A stretch of DNA of 64,000 nt. Origin: Adineta vaga (taxonomy: Eukaryota; Animalia; Rotifera). The position numbers and the translations under genes were made by a program. The stretch is taken from NCBI GenBank assembly GCA_021613535.1, contig CP075492.1:4588001-4652000 (forward strand). Reading direction: 5' to 3'. This document shows, one piece after another, positions 28,525-41,248 of this stretch; the stretch's first letter is position 1, and every line of letters starts with the position of its first letter. Under the pieces are notes generated by a model. That model ran no database searches, was not told where the DNA came from, and saw only the letters and a list, made by a program, of their open reading frames with translations.

Positions 28525-30232
28525 ATGTTGACAAATACAATTATCCATCAAACTCGACGTAATTTATCAAAAAATGTAGAATTACTTTGATCAACAATGA
28601 AATATTTGAATTTTGTTCTGTAAATTTAGACTTCATTTGCGGCACGAATATTGGAAGGATTTCGTGGTACCGTTGGAAAGTAAGACAAAATATGTTCTTT
28701 TTCATTCTTATTATTTTGTTTCTTAGTACACCTTTGATTCGTTTACCAAAATTAAGCAAAGAAACTGGTAATTAATTTTAAAACAAATTTAAATAATTAA
28801 ATTTCTTTTGTGTTTTCAGGTTGCAATATTCTTGTTAAAGCTGAGTATTTGAATCCGGGTGGTTCAATTAAAGATCGTGCTGCTTTTTTCTTAATTCAAG
28901 ATGCACTTGATAAAAGTATGAAACTTTATATTGATATGATTATTCGAACATTTTTTATGATGATCTCGTTTAGATGTAATCAAAGATGGTGCTACAATTG
29001 TAGAAGGTACAGCTGGAAATACAGGAATTGGTCTAGCTCATATCTGTAATGCATTGGGTTTTAAATGTGTCATTTTTATGCCAGATAATCAATCAAAAGT
29101 AAGTCTTTTTTCCTATTCCAGTACATATTTCATGGGTTCGTTATTTTTGTCAAGGAAAAAATTGATTTACTTCGATTATTAGGTGCAGAAGTAACGACAG
29201 TTCCTGTTGTGGCATTTACTGATCCAAATAATTATAATCATCATGTAATTAACCTATGTAGATGACTTTCTTTTGAAGCAATATGAACATTGTTTGTCTT
29301 TTTAAAAGGCTAAACGATATGCTGAACAACGTGAAAATGCTTTATGGACGAACCAATTCGATAATCAAGCCAATCGTCATGGACATTATCTTTCAACTGG
29401 ACCAGAGATTTGGATACAAACAAGTAGATCTCTATTTTTCATCAAACGATATCAATTCTTCTTTTCTAGATGGTAAAGTCGATGCTATTGTGATGAGTAC
29501 TGGTACTGGTGGAACATTAGCTGGTACTAGTATGTATTTAAAAGAAAAGAATAAGAAAATTCGAACTGTACTTGCTGATCCACCGGTATGCGACTAGTGT
29601 ATTTCGTTGATATAGTTGTTTGATTGTTTATATTTAGGGTAGTGTTTTATATCATTATATCAAATCGGGTAAACTTGAACGAACAGATGGAGCATCAATT
29701 ACTGAAGGTTTTAATAGTTTTGAAATTATTTCAAATTTTACAATGTTCATTGACGTGTAGGAATTGGTCAAGGTCGTATAACACAAAATTTACAAGATGC
29801 ACCAATTGATGAATCATTATTTATTAGCGATCAGGATTCTGTTAATATGGTAGATTTCATCAAATAATTCTTTCTCAAGTTGATTATTTTCATACGTAGG
29901 TTTATAAACTTCTATGTGAAGAAGGTTTTTTTGTTGGCGCTTCATCAGGTTTAAATGTCGCTGCTGCTGTTGAATTGAGTAAATCAATGCCAAAAGGCTC
30001 GACTATTGTTACATGTATTTGTGATAATGGACAGGTAAAGATTGATCAAAAGATAAGCTAATCAATTCTTTGTTTTCTTTAGAAATATTATAATCGTCTA
30101 TTTAATAAAGCTGAATTATCTAAACGAGGTAAGTTATTCTTCATGTTTTTTTTTCATATTCAAATAAAATGTGCAAATTATTTAGGTTTACTTGATCGCT
30201 TACCAAAACATTATCAAAAAGTTCTTTCTTAG
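28525..30232 (+). CDS. cysK: Cysteine synthase (O-acetylserine sulfhydrylase, PLP-dependent), about 12 introns, mitochondrial-type presequence
   Basis: [25 protein letters not shown] (PLP lysine), [63 protein letters not shown]; no heme or CBS domains. Confidence 0.9.
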
Positions 30233-30388
30233 TTTAAAAAATTTCCGATTCTATATTTATTCCACTCTAGTTGCAATTATTATTCTACTATTTATTCATT
30301 TTAAATATAAAAAAAAAACACTACGAATTTATTGCTTTATTTGAAAAAGAATAGACAAGTAGAATATCGATCATTTTTAGAATGAAAA

Positions 30389-33321
30389 ATGTTGTTCTAT
30401 AAAACAAACGATTACAAAATAAAATGGCTTTTAATTGGTCTAATATTAGGAATATTTTCTACACTCTTCTTACCTAATCTATTAATAACAAATCGATCAA
30501 AATCAAGTCAATTTAGTGAATATTCTGATATAAAAACTGAACGTCAATTTGCTCAATATTCTCAATGGCCACCATTTTTAACTGATTTATCTTATGATAT
30601 CGTAAGAAGAATGCTTCTTTTTCGAAAACTAAGTTTTCATTTTTCCAGGATACTTGGCGTAAACATTGCTGGATTGATCGCAAGATCTTACCTACTGAAA
30701 ATCTTCATCAATATTTTAGAAAGAATTTTACCAGATATTCAATTTGCCAGTCCGTACATGTCTAAATAGAAAATCTTATTTTATTGTTCTGATTTTATTT
30801 ATTTATTCGTAGAGAAGTAATAGCTGAAATCCAATCGATTTATGAGATGAAAACAAAAGTAGCTAATGTTCAATATCCAGCAAGTTTTGCAGAGAAAATA
30901 AAACGAATTTTTAATAATGATGAAAAACTATATGCCAAAGCATTAGAACAGGTTCGATATGATCTTAGTAGATTTGTTTCGTTTCTTCTCATAGAGATGA
31001 ACTTATTTTGAAAAGATCAAATCTGATTTGATAACATATTTAAAATCACATACATTTTCATTTTAGGAACTTCATTTTTCTATCAATAAATACTCATTTG
31101 AACATACAATTTATAATCCACTTCGTGGTCGTCGTCCAGTTCAACAACCTGAACTTCCAATCGATCAATAGTAAGTTGAAAATCACTTTTAATTCATAGT
31201 TTTCATTTGAAAATTTAAGTCTAAAAGAAACAATGGATAAAAGTAGTAAATCATGTGATCTATGCAATTATCAAAAGTAAACAAGTTCATTTTTATATTT
31301 TTCAATTAAATATTTTTATATTTGAAAAATAAAAAATCTTAAGTATGACAGCAATCGATAGTCTTGGTCGAATGGAAAATCGTCATGCTTATTCTGCAGC
31401 AAATGCATTTAAATTTGATCAATGGCATTCGATGTTTATGCCTCGACAACATGACATAACTAAACTGACATTTGACGAATTAAAAGATGTTTATACATTA
31501 GCATGGAAATGGTAAGTACATCGATGAAATAAGACTGATTAGTTGTATTTTAATCTATAAAAATATCTAGAAAATACATCAATTCAAGGTAATAGAAATT
31601 GATCGGGACATATTGCTTCTCTGAACTCATTCTAATTATATTTGACAAGGAATTTCTCGTTTTAGTTTTGTCTTAAGAAAAGATTTCTCTTCTGATTATT
31701 TCTAGGATTCGTGCTGTTCATAAACAATCACCAACGCATCGTTTTGCAACATTACTTTGGGATAGTCTTCCACATGGAGGAGCTTCACAAGTTCATCCAC
31801 ATATTCATACAACTGTTCATTCAGATCATTATTATGGTAAGATCAAAGAAAGACATTTGAATATCATTTGTTTTCTTCTCTATTTATTAAATTAAAAAAA
31901 AAAGGTCAATTTGAATCAATACGTTCAGCAGCTGAGCAATACTATCGTGATTATAGAACTGTTAAACAACATAAACAAAGGAATTATTTTCGTGCTTTAC
32001 AAGATGTTCATGCTGCATTGAATTTATCCATATCATTAGGTGGTTTAACAATATTTACACCTATTGTAAGTCATCAATAATTGTTAAAATACGTTGTCGA
32101 TCAGAGAGAATATTTGGTTCACTATCTGAACGTTGTTTAGGTTGATAACGATTCGATGATGAAGGTTCAATAAGACTTGTTGTATTTAAATTCAAATTTA
32201 AATTTGATTGAGTATTCGTAAGAAATTGTCGAATATGACATAGATCATTATAAAGAAGTGTTAATTGTTCGGTTAAATCCAAATTATCTTCGCGAATATA
32301 TTTCTAAAAATTCATAATTAATCATTTTTTTTAGAAAACAAACAATTAATAATTGTGTCATTATTCTTTCATTTAACACACACACGTCTGTGATTAATCT
32401 TTACGACATATGTTGGAATTGTTTTCCTAAGCTATCAAATGAAATTCCAACATATGTTAATATTCTTTTTTTTACAATGAATAGTTTGTCGTCAGATAGA
32501 ATATGTATACGTACTAATTGTTCTTGAATTTGTAGAAATACAGACGGAAGATTTTGATCATTTGCTTTCATATTATCAGCCATTTGTCTTTTGTAGAGAA
32601 GAGGCTTTGCTTTAATATGTCTTCTTGTCCTATTCTTCGTTGTCGTCTCCCATCACTTTCACCTCGTCTTCTTTACGACTCAGTTGATACGTATATCTCC
32701 ATATACATATATATACATATATCGAACAATATTTTGTCACATCTCGTCTTTACATCCTCATCTTCTTCTTCTTCTTCTTTTCTACTCGTTGTCTCTTTTC
32801 ATATGTTCGGTATTATACAAACGAGAACACGATGACGACATCGTTGATAGAGAAAGAAAACGATAGATTATATCTTTGGATAGTTAGATTGCTTTCTTTT
32901 TTTTGATTGATAGATTCTATTTTTCTTATTCTTGTTTTTCAGACCTCAAGAAAAGAATATGATATTATTGTCTTTGGAGAAAATTTTGATGAACGTTTTA
33001 TTGAAGTTATTTATAATATTCTACAAGGTTTGTTTCAAACTTTTCAAACATTTTTTTTATTAGTTCTTTTTTTATTATTATTTAGGTTATTTTAATAAAC
33101 TCAAACAGTATAGTTTTTCTTCGTGCTTATATTTACAACCATTATCTCCAACAGTTGATGATCGTGGATTAACTCCGGTGTATTTTCGTATTATTCCACG
33201 CGGTCAAGCGTCTAGTCTATTGTCGGAAGTCTCAAGTCTCGATTTACTTTCTATATATAATGTGAATAAACTTCCATCAGATCTTTTTGCTGAAGTGGCA
33301 ACCTGGTTTAAGTTGAGATAA
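30389..33321 (+). CDS. Membrane-anchored HIT/GalT-superfamily-like protein (putative nucleotidyltransferase/hydrolase), multi-exon
   Basis: N-terminal TM WLLIGLILGIFSTLFL; YNPLRGRRP, CDLC, ANAFKFDQWH, WDSLPHGGASQVHPHIH (GalT/HIT-type GAS-x-x-H-P-H); 3' exons resume at 32943 after an 877-nt intron. Confidence 0.7.
32061..32583 (-). CDS. Nested antisense two-exon gene (32583-32515, 32303-32061), 103 aa, leucine-repeat coiled coil resembling LURAP/FAM167/FAM89 adaptors
   Basis: ATG..QEQL|GTACGT..TTTTTAG|KYIREDNLDLTEQLTLLYNDLCHIR splices in phase 0; lies inside host intron 32066-32942. Confidence 0.6.
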
Positions 33322-34213
33322 AGGTTTTTTTTTGTTCTTAATCAAATGTGATATGCTTATTCTTTGACATTTTATTGGATGGATTAAATGGATATCGGTA
33401 TATTTTTACTCAAAAGAAGAGATTACTTGAATAAAAAATGGTTCAATTTAATACGTCATTCAAATTTTATTCAAAATAACAAGAATATTTTAATTATAAA
33501 TTGAAAGATATCTATACTAATGAACTTAATGGACTGAAGTAGTCGTCAATTAAAAGGAAAACTTCATCCGAAGAAAATTCATAACATCAAAAGTAGAATA
33601 ATATACTTATATATCTCTCTTTGGACAGAAAATCTATTCTTTGTTGAACGATCTCATAAACTAAGATTTCAAGCTATAATTCTCATATTCATATTTAAAA
33701 TTAATAAAAATAATTAGAAGTATGAATGTTTACTTATTCATTCTGTTTTCTTTTCCTCCTATCGTTTGTGTTACTGAAATGAAAAGGCAAATTTTACATA
33801 TCTATTCTCGATTAATTGATCAGGTATAATTCATTACATAATAGTTCGTTTCAGTCAATTCAAAATGAATAGAAGTTATTCTGTATCGAATATTTTCAAT
33901 GTTAAACAGTAAAACATCGTCGAAGAAATATTCTTTTACTCCTTATGACACAAAACGTTTGGTAGTTCTTTTGATAGTCATGTAAATTAACGCCCCGTTG
34001 TATATATTATTTACTTTCTTTTTCTTCGCATAGAAAGCAAAGTTTTCTCTTTTTTTTTCCTTTTCTCTTCCATACCCACTAAGAACCGACGGGTGACGAG
34101 TTATTTGTTAAAAAAACCTTTTTCTTTTCGGTTCACTTCATGGCATATATATATATATATTATCAATGGCTGTTGATTTTCTCAGTATTGTAGAGTGAAA
34201 AGTGAAATTAAAT

Positions 34214-35423
34214 ATGGATCAAAATGCAAAGATGATATGTCAAATTTGTGGAGCACCAGCATTATTTACAAATTTCGGTATTGTTTCTTGCGCATCATGT
34301 AAAATGTTCTTCAAACGAAATGCCGAAACGAAAAAAGTTCGTTCTTTCTTTATTTTTCACGTGATATTTTCTTGTTTTTTTTCTTTTCTTTTCAGAATTC
34401 TTTTCAATGTGATCTTCAGAATGACTGCGATATTAATATTAATAATCGTCGCACGTGTTCGGCGTGTCGTCTAAAGAAATGTTTTACACAAGGAATGCAA
34501 ATCGAACTTATTCGAGGTTCGCGAGTTAGGAAAAATATGAAAAGAAAAAAGACAATGAATCATGCATCAATAGAATTAATCGAATTGAGTAAAAATAATC
34601 GTTTGCAACTAGTAAATATTCGATTAATTTCGAAAGATAAATAGGATATTCTTCTTCTTCTTTCTTTCAGTTACCGATAGTGAATTTAATACATTCAAAT
34701 CAGTCAATATTAACGAAAGATCAATGGGATCTTCTTTCGAATTTAATTCATTGTTACGATGAATATAGTGGAGTTCGAATGGCTCAACTTTTTGATGACA
34801 AACAAAATTGTCTTCCACTAAAATTACGTTTTAAATTCGAACCAACTGCTGAATTTATAACATCGAATATGTCATGTGTTCCGGAAATTTTCGAAAAAAA
34901 TCTACATTTTCGTTCTTTATCTTATCATGATCGTTCGATTCTTCTTCGAAATACTGTAAAACATACAGGCTGTATTGGTGGAACGTTTGTTCTCCATCAA
35001 AGTCAACTTCTTCATGATCCATTATTTTATCAAACAACAACAACTATATTTGGTTCCGATATTATGTCAAGAATTATTCCATTGACAGAAAGTTTCGATA
35101 GAGACGAAACATTTGTTAAATTAATTCTCACAATTATCGCCTTTTCCACAACAACTTATACCATCTATTCCCAAACTAATTTCAATAATCTCAATAATCT
35201 AAAACAAATCTTACAAATTCAAGATATATATACAGAATTAGCATGGAGATATATGATCTATAGATATAATTATGATCAAGCTGTCATACAATTTTGTCAA
35301 CTTATTCAATGTCTATTTCGAGTTAATAGTACAATTGTTGAAGTCGATCGTAATCAAGAATATACATCTATAATTGGAACAGTGATTGAACAAACAGAAC
35401 AATTATTACTAGGTAATGAATGA
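34214..35423 (+). CDS. Nuclear hormone receptor (C4 zinc-finger DBD + divergent LBD), three exons
   Basis: CQICGAPA..FGIVSCASCKMFFKRN; CDININNRRTCSACRLKKCFTQGM; LBD with FRSLSYHDRSILL. Confidence 0.9.
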
Positions 35424-35908
35424 TTACTCATAAGAGTTCATTTCAAATAGTAGATTGACTTTATGTACTGTACAGATATAACATAGATTTTATTAAATAA
35501 ACAAGTTATATGAAATTGATTCTAAACTATAATTAATAAACTAAAGAGTATAAATTTTCAATCAAAGATAAAAAGGCAAATTATACTTTATTTTTTTGAA
35601 GATAGGATAGAAATAAGAAGATTATTCTCCGATTTTGACAGGTATTATATTTGTTAGTAGTAAGATATGATAAAACAAGTCTATAATAGATTATCCATTC
35701 TCTATTTCGACGATGAAGAAAATCTTTCTTTTTTTTTTATACTTATCTTTAAAATGAAGATCATTCTACTCCTTTAACATGTCTTCAGTCTATCCTTGTA
35801 AAAACTTCTTTTTTTGTATTAATGGATACAATTTACAATATACTTTGGTCATTCGTAAGGATTCTCTGCTCCTTTTATGTCTTTATTTCAAAAACCATAT
35901 GTTCATTT

Positions 35909-37137
35909 TCATGGCGCAAATGTTTTTTCTGTTTGTTCAATGACTGAATGAATAATATCGCGAAAATATTTTCCATCATAGATTGATATCACCGTTTGAT
36001 GAACAACAAACAGATATTGAATTAAATTGGAAAAATATTTCGTTGCTTGTTGTTCATTATATTCATGAACTAAATATCGCCAAGCAAGATCAATATAAAT
36101 ATCTTGATTTTTCATAATTTGTTTAATATTTGTGAGATTATCTGCCGATTGTTTTTCATAGATAACATGATCAAATGTTGAAAAACAGATAATTAATAAT
36201 GATAATTTCAAAAATAAAACATCAAAATGATCTAATCGTGTAAAGAGTTTTTTATTCATTGATATTGCACATGAACCAAAGAGAGTTTGAAGAAGTTTAT
36301 ATAATGAGGGATCATCAATGAGATGTGTTATTTGTTCTATAAATGAAAATGTTATAAATGCAATGTATTTTGTTAAACGATGAAGAAGAATTGTTCGATC
36401 ATGAGTACATAAAGAAAGAAAATTGGAATTTTTTTCAAAAAATGTCTGACTTCTTGTCATTAATAATAAAACTAATTCCTGAATAGAACCATATTTAAAA
36501 CGTAATTTTAATGGTAAATTATTTTGTTTCGATAAATATTCATTAACTAAGAATAATTGTTCTTTTTCATTAAATAAATCACAAACATGAGATAACATAT
36601 TCCATTGTTCAATAGTTAAGATTGTTTGATCAGTTTTTAACAAATTGATTGTAGATGACTATAAAATATAGAATTATACATTGACGTTTGTACCGAGACG
36701 AGAAGAAAAAAAAACAATCTACCTGTTCCAATTGTTCTTGAATAATTCCTGTTTTTCTTTTTCGATTTTTTCGCGAACGAGAACCTCGAAGAAGTTCAAC
36801 TTTCATTCCAATTGTAAAGCATTTCGTCAATCGACAAGCTGAACATATCTGACGTGTTTGTAGATTTATTTCACATTGATTTCCGAAATTACATTGGATA
36901 TGTTTCTAAACAAAATATATTCATAAACAAAATCACATCGATTTTTTAACTTACTCGATCTAGTTCAGCATTACGTTTGAAAAACATCTTACATGGTGAA
37001 CAACAAATCACACCAAAATATGAATACGTGGCTGGTGCAGTGCAAACTTTACACTTATATATTAATTCCTTTGACCTGTCGAAATGTTCCTTTGAACTTT
37101 CCATTTCTATATCATTCAAAATTGATGGTGTGTTCAT
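35909..37137 (-). CDS. Nuclear hormone receptor, three exons
   Basis: CKVCTAPA..FGVICCSPCKMFFKRN; CEINLQTRQICSACRLTKCFTIGM; LBD paralogous to 34214-35423 (LPLKLRFK, LAWRY). Confidence 0.9.
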
Positions 37138-37480
37138 TGTTAATTGAATGAAAGATATAGTTTTTAGTCCAAAATCATCTAGTATTCGAAAATGAAGTGA
37201 TAATAAACGAAACGGTCGACTTCCGATATAATAATAGAATGTGAAAGAGAAAAGAAGAAGAAGAATATGTTTTTTTTCTTTTCTTTTCTGTAAGTATAAA
37301 TGGCGACTAAGAATTACACTTTATAAACTTGATGAATCAAATGCAAATGTCAAAGGTACTATCAAGCGTTCTGTAGAAAACGAGCGAATAGAAATCTATT
37401 TATACTTTTGTGAATTTCTTTTATCTAATAGAACAATAAAAATTGAACACTTTGTTTTAGATCGATTATTATTAGGATTC

Positions 37481-38816
37481 ATGGACAAAGATACCGATGA
37501 AAGTTTAACAAAAGATTCAAATCTTATATCATCCCATCCAACTGAAAGGTCAAAAGAATCTTTTTCTCAATGTAAAATTTGTGGTGCTTCTGCTGAACAT
37601 TCCAATTATGGTGCTGCATCTTGTTCACCATGTAAGATGTTTTTTCGACGAAATGCAATAACTGGACAAGTTAGTTGAAAACGTTCTTTTCTATTTCGAT
37701 GATGTTTGTTTGTTTGTTTGTTTATTTGTTTATTTGTTTTTCGTAGGGAAAATTCAAATGTGATAGGGATGGACATTGTGAAGTCAATATCAATAATCGT
37801 CATGTATGTTCATCATGTCGATTAGCAAAATGTTTTGCAAATGGAATGCAACCAGAATTAATTCGATGTTCACTGTCAAAGAAAAGTTCATCGAAAGAAA
37901 AACAAACTACAGAAAACGAGTCCTATACGCCTACATCAAATATTTTAAAAAGATTCGAAGATGAAAGTCAATTACGAGAAGTATCTTTTCTTTTTGGTTA
38001 TTTAGAAAAAAGAAAATATTCTTTTTTTCTTCATATTCTTAGTTTCCAATCATGAATCTTTTACAGTCAGATACATCTACATCCTTATATTCAACTCAGT
38101 GGACATTAATATCGAATTTAATTTATTGTTATGATGAAAGTAGATTATTATCTCTTGGTCGTCAGATTGCGAATGAAAATCAAGATACGCAAGTCAGTAC
38201 ATCATTATCATCTCAATTCTTCATGGAAGTTTATAAAACAGCAGAAAAATATCTTCGATCAAATCAAAATCTTTATCGATTATCAACGGATGATCGAGCT
38301 AGTTTTATTCATATTGCTGCGGAAAGTATAACATGGACTGGTGCTATTTTTACCTGGAAACAATGTCAACTTTCGAATTGTTCATCATTTATTACTGATT
38401 TCAAAAATACCTACGGTGATAATTTACTCAATTCCATTGAACGTGTTTTAAAATATATGGAAATCGATCTTGTTATTTTCAAATTAGGCTTATCTTTATT
38501 TACTTTCTGTAATAATCTCTTATTATTTCCTTCAATGACAGTCGTTAAACCAGAAAGTATCCGTGCAGTCTTTCATATTCAAAGTACTTCGGCAGAAGTG
38601 ACATGGAAATATCTTTTATATAAATATGGTGCTCAACAATCTGTTCGACGATTTATGAATTTAATTCAATCGTTTTTATTGACAATGGAAACGATACATG
38701 ATGCTCAAAATAGTCCTGAACATGTTAATGATATTGAAACAATTGTTGAAAAAGTAGAATTAGCATTGATCTTAGATGATATTGAACATATTGATGATAA
38801 CAAAAATGATTTGTAA
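37481..38816 (+). CDS. Nuclear hormone receptor, three exons
   Basis: CKICGASA..YGAASCSPCKMFFRRN; CEVNINNRHVCSSCRLAKCFANGM; LBD with LSTDDR, VTWKYLLYKYG. Confidence 0.9.
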
Positions 38817-39086
38817 AATTTCTTAATTGTGTATGTGCTAGAAATCTATTTATACATATTCTTAAAGATAATAAATAGTATTTATAAAATTATATTGACA
38901 ACTTTTAGAAAATGAAGAATTCGAATCGATAAAGAACAGTTCATTCGAATGAAGATTTTCAATTGATGTTTATTTTCTTTGCTCATGTCGTTTTCGTTCT
39001 TCACGAAAAAAAGCTAGTTTTATTGAATACATAAACACAACACACAAACAGAACGAAATAATATCAAGAAAAAGAGTACATCAAGT

Positions 39087-40733
39087 CTATTCATTAACTT
39101 TACTATGTGATGCGGTTGAACCAACACGTGATGGATCTTGAGATGGATAATGTACACTAGTAGTACGTAAAGATGACAAGGGTGGTGGCATAAGACCATA
39201 GGATAAGGATGATGTATAATCACCAAGATCTGTAGATGGTATTGGTGGTGGTGGTGGAAGAAATGTATTTGAAGCTGTTGATGAAGCCATATTTGAAGAA
39301 GATGATAAACCAAAAAAATCCGTTTTTAATTCACTTGATGGCAAGGGAAGAACTAAAAGAAAATCGGTTGTTTTTTTTGTATGAAAGAAAAAAATTTCAT
39401 TACTTGTTGGTAGACCAGGCACAGGTTCATAATTACTTTCATATCCACCTACTTCACCTGTTCGTCCACTACTGACTTGTGCTGATGGTGGTTTACCCCA
39501 TTTAACTGACAAGCGTTTTCCATCGATGACTAATTTGTTGAATGTTTCTTTTGCTGCACGTTCAGCTGCATCACGTTGCGTGAATTGAACAAAAGCACAT
39601 GATTGTTTTGGTACAACAGTTACTGAACGAATTTCTCCGTATTGATAAAAATAATCTCTAAAAATAACGAAATAAATATTTTCATTTTTGTTTTCTAAAT
39701 CAAAATAAACAAACCGAAGTTGTTGTTCGTCGATATCAATAACATTTCCAATATAAAGTGTAGTTACAGTTTTATCTTCTGGCGTTTCTAATTGCGGTGT
39801 TTCTTTATAACGAGACAATAATTTTTCAGCTACAGGATCATTTATACCATAGAATCGATCGCGCATATTTTGATTGGATAAAGGATCATCAGGATCACTT
39901 GGTTTTTCATGTCTAGTAGAAAAAGAAATCAAAGATAAATTTTTTCAATCGAAAAACCTAACATACCTATATGGACATTCTTCACCTCGTTTACATTCAC
40001 CTTTGACATAAAATGAACAAATATGAGGCTGATTACGTTTGTAATAAGGTGCTGATCGAGCTAATTTCATTAAAACATCACTTGGTGGTTGAGCTTTAGC
40101 TAATTGACCAAATGGTTGAGGTTGCTCATCAAGTGCCATCTAAACATAGCGAGTATTTATATTTTTTATGTAACTATACGAAATAAAAGATCTTTACTTG
40201 TCCTTCAATATTTTGTGTAAAAAACTCTTTATTAACTTGAGTTTTTGGAACACTATCAGTGATTTGTAATGCTTCATCTCGAACTTGAACAGGTAAACCT
40301 AAATAAAACACAAGAAATTCGTGATCATACGAATCATTTAACATATATCTGAACAAACCGAATTCAAGATCGAGTAAACATGTTTGACAAACATTTTTCA
40401 CTTTACTACATGTTTGACAAATTTCTGTCTTTTTAAAACGCATACGAGCACCTGGACACCAACGAAAGATTGTAAATGGACGATTACATATTTTACATTC
40501 TTGACCATATCGTTCTTTCATCTAAATGAATGAATCAATTATATTACATAGAAGAAAAGAATAATTATACCATTCGAATGTAAGGATTATCACCAAGACA
40601 TGTTTGACATAAAATTGGAAATTCCTATAGAAAATGTTGAAATTATATTCAATAAAAAGGCAACAAAAATGAGACATACTGCATCTTCCCAATTTTGTCG
40701 ATTGTATGTATTTGAAAGTAGAGAAATCGACAT
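39087..40733 (-). CDS. RBM22: Pre-mRNA splicing factor RBM22 (Slt11/Cwc2-like), multi-exon
   Basis: [50 protein letters not shown] finger [26 protein letters not shown]-terminal HYPSQDPSR. Confidence 0.95.
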
Positions 40734-41248
40734 GATAGTATGGAAATTTGATGTACGTTATGTGTGTTGCAATTGCGTGAGAAAGAATGAATGAGAATAA
40801 GTGCAATAATTGGTAAACAATGCTTCATCATTATCCTGTATGATTGACTCAGCAGATTGACTAACAAGAATATTTCATCAATAGATGGCGGTATCAATTG
40901 TAGTGTTTTCGCTTTACTACGAATATACTTCCATGTACGGACACAAATTATAAACTCTTCGAATTCTATTTATATTGCGCAAAACAAAACAAAATTAGAA
41001 GTCGACTACTTTATCTCGATATTAAATGAAACTATCAACAACGAATCATCAATAACTTTTAGATAATATTCTTTCGTTTACTTATCAATACAAGGACATT
41101 ATGAATTTCATCTAAAATAGCACAATTATTCATTGTCTTATCTTACAATATTTCCTACGATTGATAATTATCTATCAACACTTTATTAGAATCTTTGTAT
41201 ATAATGAGAAGGACTTTCTCTCTATCTCAAACTAAAGGCAAACACAAT

